From Candidatus Roizmanbacteria bacterium RIFCSPHIGHO2_02_FULL_40_13b (GTDB lineage Bacteria > Patescibacteriota > Microgenomatia > UBA1406 > HO2-37-13b): DNA of 64,000 nt. Numbering within the stretch: position 1 is the first letter of the stretch; every line of letters starts with the position of its first letter. Shown piece by piece: positions 9,047-18,878 of this stretch. A model generated the notes under the pieces. That model did no database searches, was not told the origin of the DNA, and was given only the letters and a program-made list of their open reading frames with translations. The position numbers were made by a program, and so were the translations under genes. The stretch is taken from NCBI GenBank assembly GCA_001789445.1, contig MFZQ01000003.1:2796-66795 (forward strand). The letters are read 5' to 3'.

Positions 9047-10327
9047 ATGACATACATCGAAAATATTTTAGTTGTTGGAAAAGGCGGTAGGGAACATGCA
9101 CTTGGCGATAAGCTTGCTAAAGACAATCCTGGTACCAACCTTTTTTTTGCTCCGGGTAACGGCGGAACATCTGACATTGGTACTAATCTTGATATTGGGG
9201 TCGACGATTTTGATTCTATAACAGATTTCGCACGTGACAATGATGCATTTACTGTAGTGGGTCCAGACCAACCTATTGTTGACGGGCTTGGTGATGCATT
9301 ACGAGAAGCTCATGTTCCGGTTTTTGCACCTACGGCAGCTGCTGCACGGCTGGAAGGTAGTAAAGTGTTCGCTGCCGAATTTAATGAACGTCATGGGATT
9401 CAACAACCAAGATTCTTTGTTGCAAGATCACTTTCTCAAGCAATTCAATATGTTCAATCGCATGATGCTTCCTCATACGTCATTAAAGCAGATGGACTAG
9501 CACTCGGAAAAGGGGTACATCTTCCTTCAAGTACTGTAGAAGCAACGAATTCTGTATATGAGATGATGCATAAAAATGATCGAACCGCCCATAAACCACT
9601 TCTTTTCCAGGAACGCCTAACTGGACGAGAAGTATCCATGTTTGCTTTTACCGACGGAACACATATAGTCCCACTTCTTCCATCCCAAGATCATAAACGA
9701 GCATTCGATCATGACATAGGTCCCAATACCGGAGGAATGGGAGCATATGCACCTGCGCCATTTATGTCAGCTGAAGATATCGATACATTTACATCAACAA
9801 TTCTGCAAAAAACTGTTGATGGTATGAGAGAAGACGGGACACCATACAAAGGAGTTTTATATGTTGGCGGAATGATGACCGATCAGGGTCCACAGGTTTT
9901 GGAATATAATGCACGATTTGGAGATCCGGAAGCACAGCCATTACTTACACTCATGAGCTCAGAACTAGCTCCTGTAATGCTTGCGTGTATGGGCAATGGA
10001 CTACGGCGACAACAAGTAAGATTTCGAAATGGTGCGGCAGCGTGTGTTGTCTTAGCATCAGAAGGATATCCTGATACACCAGAAACTGGTCAAGTCATTT
10101 ATGGACTAGATCAAGTTGAAGATCCAAATATAACCGTTTTTCATGCAGGCACATCTAAAGTTGACGGAGATTATGTTGTAAGCGGTGGAAGGGTTTTAGG
10201 AATAAATGCATACGGTAGAACAGTGAAGGAGGCAATTCATCGCGCATATGCTGCTATTGGACCACGCGGAATTCACTTTGACGGAATGTTTTATCGCACA
10301 GACATTGGTCATCAGGTTGTTAGATAA
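9047..10327 (+). CDS. purD: Phosphoribosylamine-glycine ligase
   Basis: ILVVGKGGREHALGDKLA N-terminus, ATP-grasp core, EYNARFGDPE motif. Confidence 0.9.
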   Translation: MTYIENILVVGKGGREHALGDKLAKDNPGTNLFFAPGNGGTSDIGTNLDIGVDDFDSITDFARDNDAFTVVGPDQPIVDGLGDALREAHVPVFAPTAAAARLEGSKVFAAEFNERHGIQQPRFFVARSLSQAIQYVQSHDASSYVIKADGLALGKGVHLPSSTVEATNSVYEMMHKNDRTAHKPLLFQERLTGREVSMFAFTDGTHIVPLLPSQDHKRAFDHDIGPNTGGMGAYAPAPFMSAEDIDTFTSTILQKTVDGMREDGTPYKGVLYVGGMMTDQGPQVLEYNARFGDPEAQPLLTLMSSELAPVMLACMGNGLRRQQVRFRNGAAACVVLASEGYPDTPETGQVIYGLDQVEDPNITVFHAGTSKVDGDYVVSGGRVLGINAYGRTVKEAIHRAYAAIGPRGIHFDGMFYRTDIGHQVVR

Positions 10328-11720
10328 TCATTCTTAATCGGGAGAGGGTTTCTTCTTTCCCTAGAATCTCCATCGACTCATTTAATGGTGGAGAGATTTT
10401 TTTTCCCGTTATCGCTACTCTCATCGCCATAAAGTATTCGCTGTTTTTTATGCCCAGGTCAAGTGCTACTTTTTGCATTACTTCACCTATCTTTTCTGCT
10501 TTCCAATCAGAGACTTCAGTAAGAGCGCTTGATGTCTTCTCAAATAATTCTTTATATTTTGAGATTTCAATTTCGTATTCTTTTGGTGCTTCAAGAAAAA
10601 AATGAGCATATTCATCATATTCTTTTAATGTTTTTATTCGTTCTTGAATAAGCGGAAGTGTTCTCTCAATTAAATCTTCTGGATACTTGTCGCCAAAGAA
10701 TTTATATATTTCCTCTTTCAATTTCCCTTTTTCCATTTTCCGAATATATTCCCCGTTCATCCAAGTTAGCTTTACTACATCAAAAATTGGTGCTGATGGA
10801 TTAATGTCTTTCAAATCAAAAACCTGTATATATTCATCCAACGAGAAAATTTCTTTTTGATCCGGATGACTCCATGCCATAAGGGCCAGATAATTAAGTA
10901 TCGCTTCTTTCAAATACCCTTCCTCTAAATACCACGAAACCCACACAGCTCCTTTTCGTTTAGAAATTTTTCCTTTTTCGGGGGTACGAAGGAGAGGAAC
11001 ATGTGCAAAAACAGGCAGCTCCCACTTAAGAAAATCATACAAAAGTACATGTTTGGGAACCGACGCCATCCATTCTTCCGCACGAATCACGTGCGAGATT
11101 TCCATTAAATGATCATCCACCACAACCCCTAAATGGTACGTTGGAAATCCATCTGATTTTAAAAGTACCTGATCATCAAGTGTTTCATTTTCGATTGTAA
11201 TGGTTCCGCGAATAAGATCGGTATATGAAGTTTTCCCTTCAGGAATATGTAGTCGAATTACATGAGGAATTTTTTTTTCTAATTTCTCTGAAATTTCTTC
11301 TGCAGATAAATGTAAACAGTGTCGATCATATTTGGGCTGTTTTTTTTCTGTAATAGCAATTTGTCGAACTTCCTCCAGTCTCTCTTGTGTACAGAAACAA
11401 TAATACGCATCCCCTTGCGAAACGAGTTGCAGTGCATATTTTTTATACAACTCAAGTCGTTCTGATTGAATATACGGTCCATAGGGACCACCTTTTATCA
11501 TGTCTTCGTCTGGATCAAGTCCAAATGCATGAAGCGTTTTAAGAATCTGCTGCGCAGCTCCTTCTACCAATCTAGCTCTATCGGTATCTTCAATTCGGAC
11601 AATAAATTTTCCGTTATTTTTTTTAGCGTATGCCCAGTTAATAAGCGCCGTATATAAATTGCCAATATGTAGGTCATTTCCCGTTGGTGACGGGGGAATT
11701 CTCGTGCGTACCATAATCAA
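10320..11720 (-). CDS. gltX: Glutamyl-tRNA synthetase
   Basis: RIPPSPTGNDLHIGN (HIGH) with FIVRIEDTDRARL, and KISKRKG (KMSKS-like). Confidence 0.9.
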   Translation of the reverse strand: MIMVRTRIPPSPTGNDLHIGNLYTALINWAYAKKNNGKFIVRIEDTDRARLVEGAAQQILKTLHAFGLDPDEDMIKGGPYGPYIQSERLELYKKYALQLVSQGDAYYCFCTQERLEEVRQIAITEKKQPKYDRHCLHLSAEEISEKLEKKIPHVIRLHIPEGKTSYTDLIRGTITIENETLDDQVLLKSDGFPTYHLGVVVDDHLMEISHVIRAEEWMASVPKHVLLYDFLKWELPVFAHVPLLRTPEKGKISKRKGAVWVSWYLEEGYLKEAILNYLALMAWSHPDQKEIFSLDEYIQVFDLKDINPSAPIFDVVKLTWMNGEYIRKMEKGKLKEEIYKFFGDKYPEDLIERTLPLIQERIKTLKEYDEYAHFFLEAPKEYEIEISKYKELFEKTSSALTEVSDWKAEKIGEVMQKVALDLGIKNSEYFMAMRVAITGKKISPPLNESMEILGKEETLSRLRMII

Positions 11721-11772
11721 GTTGAATTATAACACGATTTTAGCGTAGACTGAAAGACGAAGGAGGAATAGA

Positions 11773-11796
11773 AAATTGCTAAATTGTTAAATTGTT
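11773..11796. repeat. Octamer tandem array (aaattgct aaattgtt aaattgtt)
   Basis: Three 8-nt units ending exactly at the ATG of ORF 11797. An AGGAGG box lies upstream of the array. Confidence 0.7.
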
Positions 11797-12840
11797 ATGA
11801 GTTTGTCACTTCTTTCATATTATTTTCGTAAAGTAGCTCCATTTGTTATTATCGGAGTTCTCATTTTTATTGGTATTTTTGGGATTACACGAGTATTTTT
11901 TTCGGTAAAGAAGACCGTGACGACTCCATCAACAATTAATAAACAGTTTGGTGCACTTGCACCTCCTATCTTCAACCATAAAATTGGGTATCCGGCGGGA
12001 GCTACATTTGCACTCGACAATATTGAGGGTAGGCCAACAACTGCAACAGATGAGGCGAAAGTCTATTTTATTCCCCCCATTGCGACAAAATTTGGATACG
12101 CACAAAAAATATATTCTATGGCTAAAAATGCAGGATTTAATACAAAAAACGTCTCATATTTTCTAGATGGAACACATGCAATATTTGAAGACTCCTTGCA
12201 AAAGATTACGATCGATATTTCTTACTTTAACTTTGAATATAAATATGCGTACGAAAATCACCCCGAACTTTTTTTACGTCCATCAGCAATCGACGAAACA
12301 ACAGTTAAAGAACGAGCCGCTGATTTTTTCCGACTCCTTGGAAAGTATCCAAATCAACTTTCACTGGGAACCCAAAATATCACGTATATGCATTACAACT
12401 CGGAAACAAAAGGACTTGACGTAGTGACAAATCCTAAATTGGCAAATGTTGTGGAAGTTGATTTTTTCCGAGCAGATATTCAAAACGGTGAACAAACGTA
12501 TCCAGTTGTGAGTCCAAAATATTATACATCTGAAAACTATGTGGTGATGACGCTTGACATAGTCTCTCCCAAGATAATAAAAGCACAAATGCATTTCTTT
12601 GAGACTGACGATACAAATACCGGTGTTTATCCGCTTAAAACTGGGGATGAAGCATGGGCGCAGTTTCTAGCCAACAAAGGTACAATTGTGACGCCTGGTG
12701 GAGGAAGCTATCCGATAACAATTAAGAAAATGTTTCTTGCATACTATGAAACCGATGTCTACGAATCATATTTACAACCACTGTATGTCTTTTTAGGAGA
12801 AAATAATTTCGTCGCTTATGTGTCGGCCGTTAAGAATTAA
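11797..12840 (+). CDS. Membrane-anchored hypothetical protein
   Basis: Single N-terminal hydrophobic span followed by a 300-aa soluble region with no motif. Confidence 0.5.
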   Translation: MSLSLLSYYFRKVAPFVIIGVLIFIGIFGITRVFFSVKKTVTTPSTINKQFGALAPPIFNHKIGYPAGATFALDNIEGRPTTATDEAKVYFIPPIATKFGYAQKIYSMAKNAGFNTKNVSYFLDGTHAIFEDSLQKITIDISYFNFEYKYAYENHPELFLRPSAIDETTVKERAADFFRLLGKYPNQLSLGTQNITYMHYNSETKGLDVVTNPKLANVVEVDFFRADIQNGEQTYPVVSPKYYTSENYVVMTLDIVSPKIIKAQMHFFETDDTNTGVYPLKTGDEAWAQFLANKGTIVTPGGGSYPITIKKMFLAYYETDVYESYLQPLYVFLGENNFVAYVSAVKN

Positions 12841-13793
12841 AGAGAGAGATATCCCACCGCCTGCGTAATCCAATTTACAATCATCTCCGTATCTGCAAAT
12901 CTATCAGCGCTTTTCATGATAACGATTAAGAATTCGTGACCATCATGTTTGTAAAAGGTGACGAGGTTTTCCCCCGCTTCTTCTGTATACCCCGTTTTGA
13001 GCCCTCCAATTCCAGCAATTTTACCAAGTAACTTATTTACATTTGTCAGATGATGAAAATGAATAAAGTCGACATCTGAAATCGTGATGTTCGGAGTTGA
13101 GACAATTGTTGAGAGAAGTTCGTTTTGCAAAAGTTTTCGACCAGCAAGTGATAAGTCAAACGGGGTAGTGTACTGGTTATTATTATCAAGCCCTGCTGAA
13201 TTTTCAAAATGTGTGTCTTTCATGCCTATTGCTTGAGCTTTTTCATTCATACGCGCTACAAATGCACTTCTTCCCCCAGAATAATTGTCTGCAATAACAA
13301 ATGCTACATCATTCCCGGAGTGAACAAGAAGTCCATACAAGAGCTCTTGCACACGAATCCGCTCGCCGGGAACAACTCCCACAACTTGGCCTTCCGTAAT
13401 GACATGACTAACCGTCAATACTTGTGTTGGTTTATACACATCAAGCGCAACAAGTGCGGTCATTATTTTTGCAGTTGAAGCCGGGAAAAAACGCACATGT
13501 TCATTCTTACTAAATACCGGAGTAGCTGAATCAGTATCGACGATATAGGCGCCTTGGGCTGTAATAATTGGTTTACTTCCTGCATTTTTTACAAATGGAA
13601 TTGGCGGCATTTTGAGCTTTGCAATTTTTTCTGTTGCGGCAAAAAGGCCTCGATTATAGCTAAAAAAATGAGAATAGTATCCATCTCCCATATAAAAAAA
13701 GAAGAGTGTTGCAAATAGAGCGATTAAGAAGATATGTCTGAAATAAATTTTTGTAGGAGTCTTACTACTTTTTTTCTTTTCTGCTGTGTCCAT
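12837..13793 (-). CDS. Serine-type D-Ala-D-Ala carboxypeptidase (S11 family)
   Basis: SxxK motif ASTAKIM, SxN motif HSGNDVA, KTG motif LKTGYT. Confidence 0.8.
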   Translation of the reverse strand: MDTAEKKKSSKTPTKIYFRHIFLIALFATLFFFYMGDGYYSHFFSYNRGLFAATEKIAKLKMPPIPFVKNAGSKPIITAQGAYIVDTDSATPVFSKNEHVRFFPASTAKIMTALVALDVYKPTQVLTVSHVITEGQVVGVVPGERIRVQELLYGLLVHSGNDVAFVIADNYSGGRSAFVARMNEKAQAIGMKDTHFENSAGLDNNNQYTTPFDLSLAGRKLLQNELLSTIVSTPNITISDVDFIHFHHLTNVNKLLGKIAGIGGLKTGYTEEAGENLVTFYKHDGHEFLIVIMKSADRFADTEMIVNWITQAVGYLSL

Positions 13794-15111
13794 GGTTAAA
13801 TGTCGGTAAATGTACGTCTACCCGTTCCATATCTCGAGGGAAAAGAGAGGCTTCTCGAACATTACTTAAATTGAGTAATTTCATTGTTATTCGTTCAAGC
13901 CCAAAAGAAAATCCACCATGTGGAGGCATTCCATATTTAAATGCTTGTAGATACATATGAAAATCGTCAGGATTCATTCCCTTCTTTTTAAGAATATCGA
14001 CAAGCTCTTGATAATCATCAATTCGTTGACTTCCACTTAGTATTTCTATTCCTCGGAAAAGTAAATCATAACTTAACGAGTATGTAGGATCTTTGGGATT
14101 TGGTTTTGAATAAAATGCTCGCTTTTCTGTAGGAAAGTGCGTAATGGTAACAAGGTCTGAAGCATGCGTCTCAAGTGCCCAAATTGAAATTTCTTTTTCA
14201 TCTTCAGGTTCAAGATCAGGCTCATGACGATTATCACGACCTGTTCGTTTAAAAATAATTTCTTGTGCTTCTCGTAGTGTAAGACGAGGTACTTTCGCAC
14301 TTAGTTTTGGAGGAACAACATTAAACTGTTCAAAGATTTCTGGATGCATTTTGGAAACATGTTCGAGCGTTTTCTTTCCTACTTCTTCAAGCGCATCTAA
14401 AAGTTCATCAAATTCAATAAATCCAAATTCACAATCAAGTTGTGTTGCTTCCGAAAGATGGCGAGTTGTCATTGAGGGTTCTGCTCGATATGCATGAGAA
14501 ATTAGATACACTCGTTCAAAAACAGGGACCATAATTTGTTTGTATAGTTGGGGACTTTGGATAAGAAATGCCTTGTAATCGTAATAATCTACATTAAATA
14601 CTTCAGCTCCACCTTCCGTTGAGGAAAAAGAGATTGTGGGAACAAATACTTCAACGCAACCAAGCTCTTGGGCGGCTTTGCGAAATCCAGCCATAACTGC
14701 TTCTTGGACGAGGAAAATTGAGCGAACTTTTGGATGGCGCAAGGTTAGCGCACGATAATCAAGTAAGACTGGCAACGTTACATCAAGCTCTTCTTTTCCA
14801 AAATCAAACGGAAGCGTTTGGGCTTTCGAGAGAACTTTATATTCGGCGCATTCTATCTCTATTTTTCCTGTTTTCACTTTCTCGTTGATCATATGCGCCG
14901 GTCGCTCTTTGACAACTCCGGTGATACATACAACGTCTTCGGGAGCAAGGGAGGAAAGTGAGGATTCACCAACGATCTGCACAATCCCACTTCGATCTCG
15001 AAGATCGACGAAGACTACTTTTTTATGATCCCGAATTGTATTGACCCAACCACAAACTTGCACCTCATCTCCAACTTTACTTACAATTTCTTCTATAAAA
15101 AGTTTTTTCAT
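13765..15111 (-). CDS. aspS: Aspartyl-tRNA synthetase, archaeal/type-2 form
   Basis: OB-fold N-terminus FVDLRDRSGIVQIV and class II motifs QSPQLYKQ, YRAEPS, GGFSFGLERITM. Confidence 0.9.
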   Translation of the reverse strand: MKKLFIEEIVSKVGDEVQVCGWVNTIRDHKKVVFVDLRDRSGIVQIVGESSLSSLAPEDVVCITGVVKERPAHMINEKVKTGKIEIECAEYKVLSKAQTLPFDFGKEELDVTLPVLLDYRALTLRHPKVRSIFLVQEAVMAGFRKAAQELGCVEVFVPTISFSSTEGGAEVFNVDYYDYKAFLIQSPQLYKQIMVPVFERVYLISHAYRAEPSMTTRHLSEATQLDCEFGFIEFDELLDALEEVGKKTLEHVSKMHPEIFEQFNVVPPKLSAKVPRLTLREAQEIIFKRTGRDNRHEPDLEPEDEKEISIWALETHASDLVTITHFPTEKRAFYSKPNPKDPTYSLSYDLLFRGIEILSGSQRIDDYQELVDILKKKGMNPDDFHMYLQAFKYGMPPHGGFSFGLERITMKLLNLSNVREASLFPRDMERVDVHLPTFNHGHSRKEKK

Positions 15112-15120
15112 GCGCCCTCA

Positions 15121-16788
15121 TTATACCAAAACTTTTCCCATTCCTTTCAGCTTCTCCCTCCCTCCCCACCGATCGATTTCAAGCTTGTACACAACCTCAA
15201 CCATATCTCCTTTTTTGAGATTTTCTTCCCGCGCGCCTTCTCCAAAAAAAACAAATTCTACCGGAAGACTTTTTTCACCGGTTAAATAGAGTTTGAGGTG
15301 ATCCTTGGTTTTTCCTATGCGTTGTACATCGAGTATTTGACCTTGCGTGAAAAAGGTCGGGGCAGGATTTCCAATTCCAAATGGCGCACATTTTTCAATT
15401 TCATGCGCAAGTGCGAGCGTGTTCGATTCGAATGGAATGGCGAGATCGACAATGGTTGTCTTGACAAGTTGTTCATCGGTGAGGAGTTGCGCTCCCCGAT
15501 CTTCGATGAGCGATTGTAGAGTTTTCACATTTTCACTCGGCATACTAAATCCAGCCGCCGCCGCATGTCCTCCAACACTTAAAAGTTGATCGGAGAATTC
15601 GCGCAGAAAAGTGGTGATGTTAAATCCGGAAATCGAGCGAGCAGAAGCTTTAGATTGTCCGTCAGAGATGGTAATGACGATTGCCGGCCGTGCAAACTTT
15701 TCTACCAATTTTGATGCAATAAGCCCAATTATTCCTTCATTCCAACTATGACTAGTTACTACTATAATTTTTTGTTTTGTATTAACAAGCTCTATCGCTT
15801 CCTCAACCGCGCCCTCCACCATTTGCTGACGGGTTCGATTCACCTCCCCAGATTTTTTGGCAAGAGCGGCCGCTCGGAGTTCTTGGGAAGTACATAGAAG
15901 TCGGAGCGCATCGACAGCTTGTTCTAGACGTCCAAATGCATTAATTCGAGGAGCAATTACGAAACCAACTTCATACGGACTGATTTCTTGTCCCGCAATT
16001 CCAGCATCTAGAAGTAAATGAGTGAGTCCAATTCGCTTAGTTTTTGAAAGTGCTTTCAGTCCATGAAAAACAACCGCGCGGGCGGGGCCCATAAGAGGTA
16101 CTAGATCTGCAATAATTCCAATTGTTGCGAATGCTAGATAATCACCGTCAAAATTAGTAGATAGTAGTTGGTAGTTAGTAGTTAGGGGCTTAAGATTCTC
16201 AAAAAGCTCTCGCGCGAAAAAATATGCTACTCCACTTCCGGAAAGCTTATCTGTATGAAAGATTGCAAGTGCGCTTTTTGGATCTTCATCGGCTTTTGAA
16301 TGATGATCAGTGATAATGACTGGAATTCCCAAACTTTTCGCATAGTCAATCTGCGTATGTCCCATAATCCCGTGGTCGACGCTGATAATTAGGCCGGGAT
16401 CATACTTTTCGCGAACAAGGTCGAGCCCAACTTTTGAAAACCCGTACCCTTCAGTACGCCGATCAGGAACGTGGGCTGTGGCATCAAATCCCAAAAGGTG
16501 AAGTGTTTCCCACAGAATTGCGCCACCTGTTATTCCATCAGCATCATAATCGCAATAAACGACGATTTTTTTATTTTGTTTTTTAACTTCTTCAAGTATT
16601 TTGAGTGATGTAGCGAGATTTTTCTTAAACTCACGTCTTTTGAAAAAGGAAGCAAACTCAATTGTTTTTGGATGAGGAGGTGAAAAGAAATCAACATCTG
16701 TATCAAGACCCCGGTCGGCAAGAATATACGAAATAATTTCTTTGGGTGTGAGTTTTTCAGTGATCGTACGCTTAATATCAAGCTTCAT
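15121..16788 (-). CDS. recJ: Single-stranded-DNA-specific exonuclease RecJ
   Basis: DHH-family motifs DYDADGITG and DHH. Start moved to MKLDIKRT because the upstream ATGACA belongs to a TGTCAT palindromic element. Confidence 0.88.
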   Translation of the reverse strand: MKLDIKRTITEKLTPKEIISYILADRGLDTDVDFFSPPHPKTIEFASFFKRREFKKNLATSLKILEEVKKQNKKIVVYCDYDADGITGGAILWETLHLLGFDATAHVPDRRTEGYGFSKVGLDLVREKYDPGLIISVDHGIMGHTQIDYAKSLGIPVIITDHHSKADEDPKSALAIFHTDKLSGSGVAYFFARELFENLKPLTTNYQLLSTNFDGDYLAFATIGIIADLVPLMGPARAVVFHGLKALSKTKRIGLTHLLLDAGIAGQEISPYEVGFVIAPRINAFGRLEQAVDALRLLCTSQELRAAALAKKSGEVNRTRQQMVEGAVEEAIELVNTKQKIIVVTSHSWNEGIIGLIASKLVEKFARPAIVITISDGQSKASARSISGFNITTFLREFSDQLLSVGGHAAAAGFSMPSENVKTLQSLIEDRGAQLLTDEQLVKTTIVDLAIPFESNTLALAHEIEKCAPFGIGNPAPTFFTQGQILDVQRIGKTKDHLKLYLTGEKSLPVEFVFFGEGAREENLKKGDMVEVVYKLEIDRWGGREKLKGMGKVLV

Positions 16789-16797
16789 ATTATTTAT

Positions 16798-16822
16798 TGT
16801 CATTCTCGCGAATGCGGGAATC
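16798..16822. repeat. Short TGTCAT-type palindromic element
   Basis: tgtcattctcgcgaatgcgggaatc forms the hairpin ttctcgc/gcgggaa. It shares termini with the elements at 37718 and 55751. Confidence 0.55.
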
Positions 16823-16843
16823 TATTATAGTACAATAATCCGT

Positions 16844-18181
16844 ATGAAATCACCACTTGTCTTACCAAAGATTGTTCAGGATTTTATTGAAACCTTTGAA
16901 AAAAACGGGTTCGAGGTGTACGTGGTTGGCGGGGCTGTACGAGATCTTATTTTAGGAAAAGAAATAACAAACTGGGATTTTACGACCAGTGCGGGCGTGG
17001 AAGAAATTCAAAAATTATTCCCTGATCATTTTTATAACAATGATTATGGAACAGTAACAGTAAAAAAAGAGAGTTTTCTTTTTGAAATTACACCTTATCG
17101 AAAAGAAAGCGATTATGCTGACCTTCGCCATCCGGGAAAAATTGAATGGGCAAAAACGATTGAGGAGGATCTGGCTCGGCGTGATTTTACGATCAATGCT
17201 ATTGCCTACGATAGGAAAAAAGTCATCGATCCATATGATGGACAGGGAGACATTGAGAAAAAGATTGTAAAAGCGGTCGGTGACGCTGATAAGCGATTTA
17301 ACGAAGATGCGCTTCGGCTCCTTCGCGCAGTCCGTATTGCTACTCAACTTGGATTTACTATTGAGGACGCGACAATGACTTCGATCAAAAAAAATGCTGA
17401 ACTAATACTTAAAATCTCGCAAGAACGAATTCGGGACGAACTTTTTAAAATTATTGCATCAACCCGCGGGTCAGACGGAATTTTTCTTTTGAGAGATACT
17501 GGACTCCTCAAACACGTCCTCCCCGAAGTTGAAGCATGTTTTGGTGTTGATCAGGTCAGCCCGGGCAGACATCATACCGTTGACGTTGGTACACATTTGG
17601 TGGAAGCGCTTCGACTTTGTCCATCAAGCGATACAATAACTCGTTTTGCAACACTTCTGCATGATATTGGAAAAACTCCCACATTTCGAAAAGATGAAAC
17701 AACTCAAATGATTACTTTTTACAATCATGAAATCGTTGGTGCAAAAATGGCGCGCGAAATCGCAGATCGTCTGCGTCTTTCCAAAAAAGATCGGGAAAAA
17801 TTAGTTACGCTTGTTCGGTTCCATATGTTCACGGTTTCTGAAAATCAAACAGATAGCGCGATTCGCCGGTTTATTCGAAATGTTGGAAAAGAATATATGT
17901 ACGACGCGCTTGATTTGCGCGTTGCAGACCGGTTGGGAAGCGGGGCAAAGTTAACGTCGTGGAGAACCGAGCTTTTCAAAAAACGACTTGAAGAGGTGCA
18001 ACACGAACCATTTTCGGTAAAAGACCTCAAAATTGACGGAAACGATGTGATGAAAACGCTCGGTCTCAAACCTAGCCCGAAAATCGGCGAAATTCTCCAG
18101 AAACTGTTTGATGAGGTTGTGGGTGAAGAGGTAAAGAATGAGAAAAAGGAACTTTTACAAAAGCTTTCCGAACTTAAATAA
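16844..18181 (+). CDS. cca: CCA-adding tRNA nucleotidyltransferase with HD domain
   Basis: VYVVGGAVRDLILGK, RDFTINA and an HD region HDIGK. Start moved to the ATG at 16844. Confidence 0.85.
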   Translation: MKSPLVLPKIVQDFIETFEKNGFEVYVVGGAVRDLILGKEITNWDFTTSAGVEEIQKLFPDHFYNNDYGTVTVKKESFLFEITPYRKESDYADLRHPGKIEWAKTIEEDLARRDFTINAIAYDRKKVIDPYDGQGDIEKKIVKAVGDADKRFNEDALRLLRAVRIATQLGFTIEDATMTSIKKNAELILKISQERIRDELFKIIASTRGSDGIFLLRDTGLLKHVLPEVEACFGVDQVSPGRHHTVDVGTHLVEALRLCPSSDTITRFATLLHDIGKTPTFRKDETTQMITFYNHEIVGAKMAREIADRLRLSKKDREKLVTLVRFHMFTVSENQTDSAIRRFIRNVGKEYMYDALDLRVADRLGSGAKLTSWRTELFKKRLEEVQHEPFSVKDLKIDGNDVMKTLGLKPSPKIGEILQKLFDEVVGEEVKNEKKELLQKLSELK

Positions 18182-18590
18182 CATCTCCTGGCTCTTTTCG
18201 GATGATTTTCAACTTATCAAATTCCTTATCGTACGAAATAATTGCCCATTCTTTTTTCTGAACCTGGGGAATTGAGGCAAGTAAGCAATCTACAAATTTG
18301 ATATTGTTGGTATTGTATAAATCTAAGGCCTCTATAGTTCCATAACCATCGATAACCTTAAGTCCATTAGTTGTTACCATGTCTCGAACAACTGTAACAA
18401 CTTCACTTTTATTGACTCTGTAAAATGACTCTAAAGTCCAAACAACTTCTGCAACAACCATTGTTGTTGTTATTGCATCAACTATTCCTGATTTTATTGC
18501 TTCTATTAGTTCTACACATTCCTTAAATGATTTTTCATTGTCTCTAGTTAGGATCCTTAGAAAGATATTGGTATCAATAAGATATTTCAT
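18174..18590 (-). CDS. vapC: PIN-domain toxin VapC
   Basis: MKYLIDTNIFLR PIN N-terminus. Its start overlaps the stop of the upstream AbrB-type gene by 4 nt. Confidence 0.8.
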   Translation of the reverse strand: MKYLIDTNIFLRILTRDNEKSFKECVELIEAIKSGIVDAITTTMVVAEVVWTLESFYRVNKSEVVTVVRDMVTTNGLKVIDGYGTIEALDLYNTNNIKFVDCLLASIPQVQKKEWAIISYDKEFDKLKIIRKEPGDVI

Positions 18591-18820
18591 ACCCGTTTAT
18601 ACCTTTTTTCGAATGCTTCACGAGCTTCTAGTACTGACTTACCTCTTGTTATGGGAAATTTACCAGCATATGAGAGAAAGTCTCCAACAGGACTAACCTT
18701 TAAATGATCCTTTTTTAAATCAAATTTAACCTTCCCATATTTTTTAATTCCTAATTTGTCTCTCAACGCTTGTGGTAGAGTTATCTGTCCTTTTTGAGTT
18801 ACTGTTGCTTGATATTGCAT
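18587..18820 (-). CDS. vapB: AbrB/SpoVT-type antitoxin VapB
   Basis: VTQKGQITLPQALRDKLGI swapped-hairpin motif. Confidence 0.75.
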   Translation of the reverse strand: MQYQATVTQKGQITLPQALRDKLGIKKYGKVKFDLKKDHLKVSPVGDFLSYAGKFPITRGKSVLEAREAFEKRYKRV

Positions 18821-18878
18821 ACGTATTATTTATTTGAAATTGGTAATACTTTCATTATAAGTATTACTTTTTCATTTG

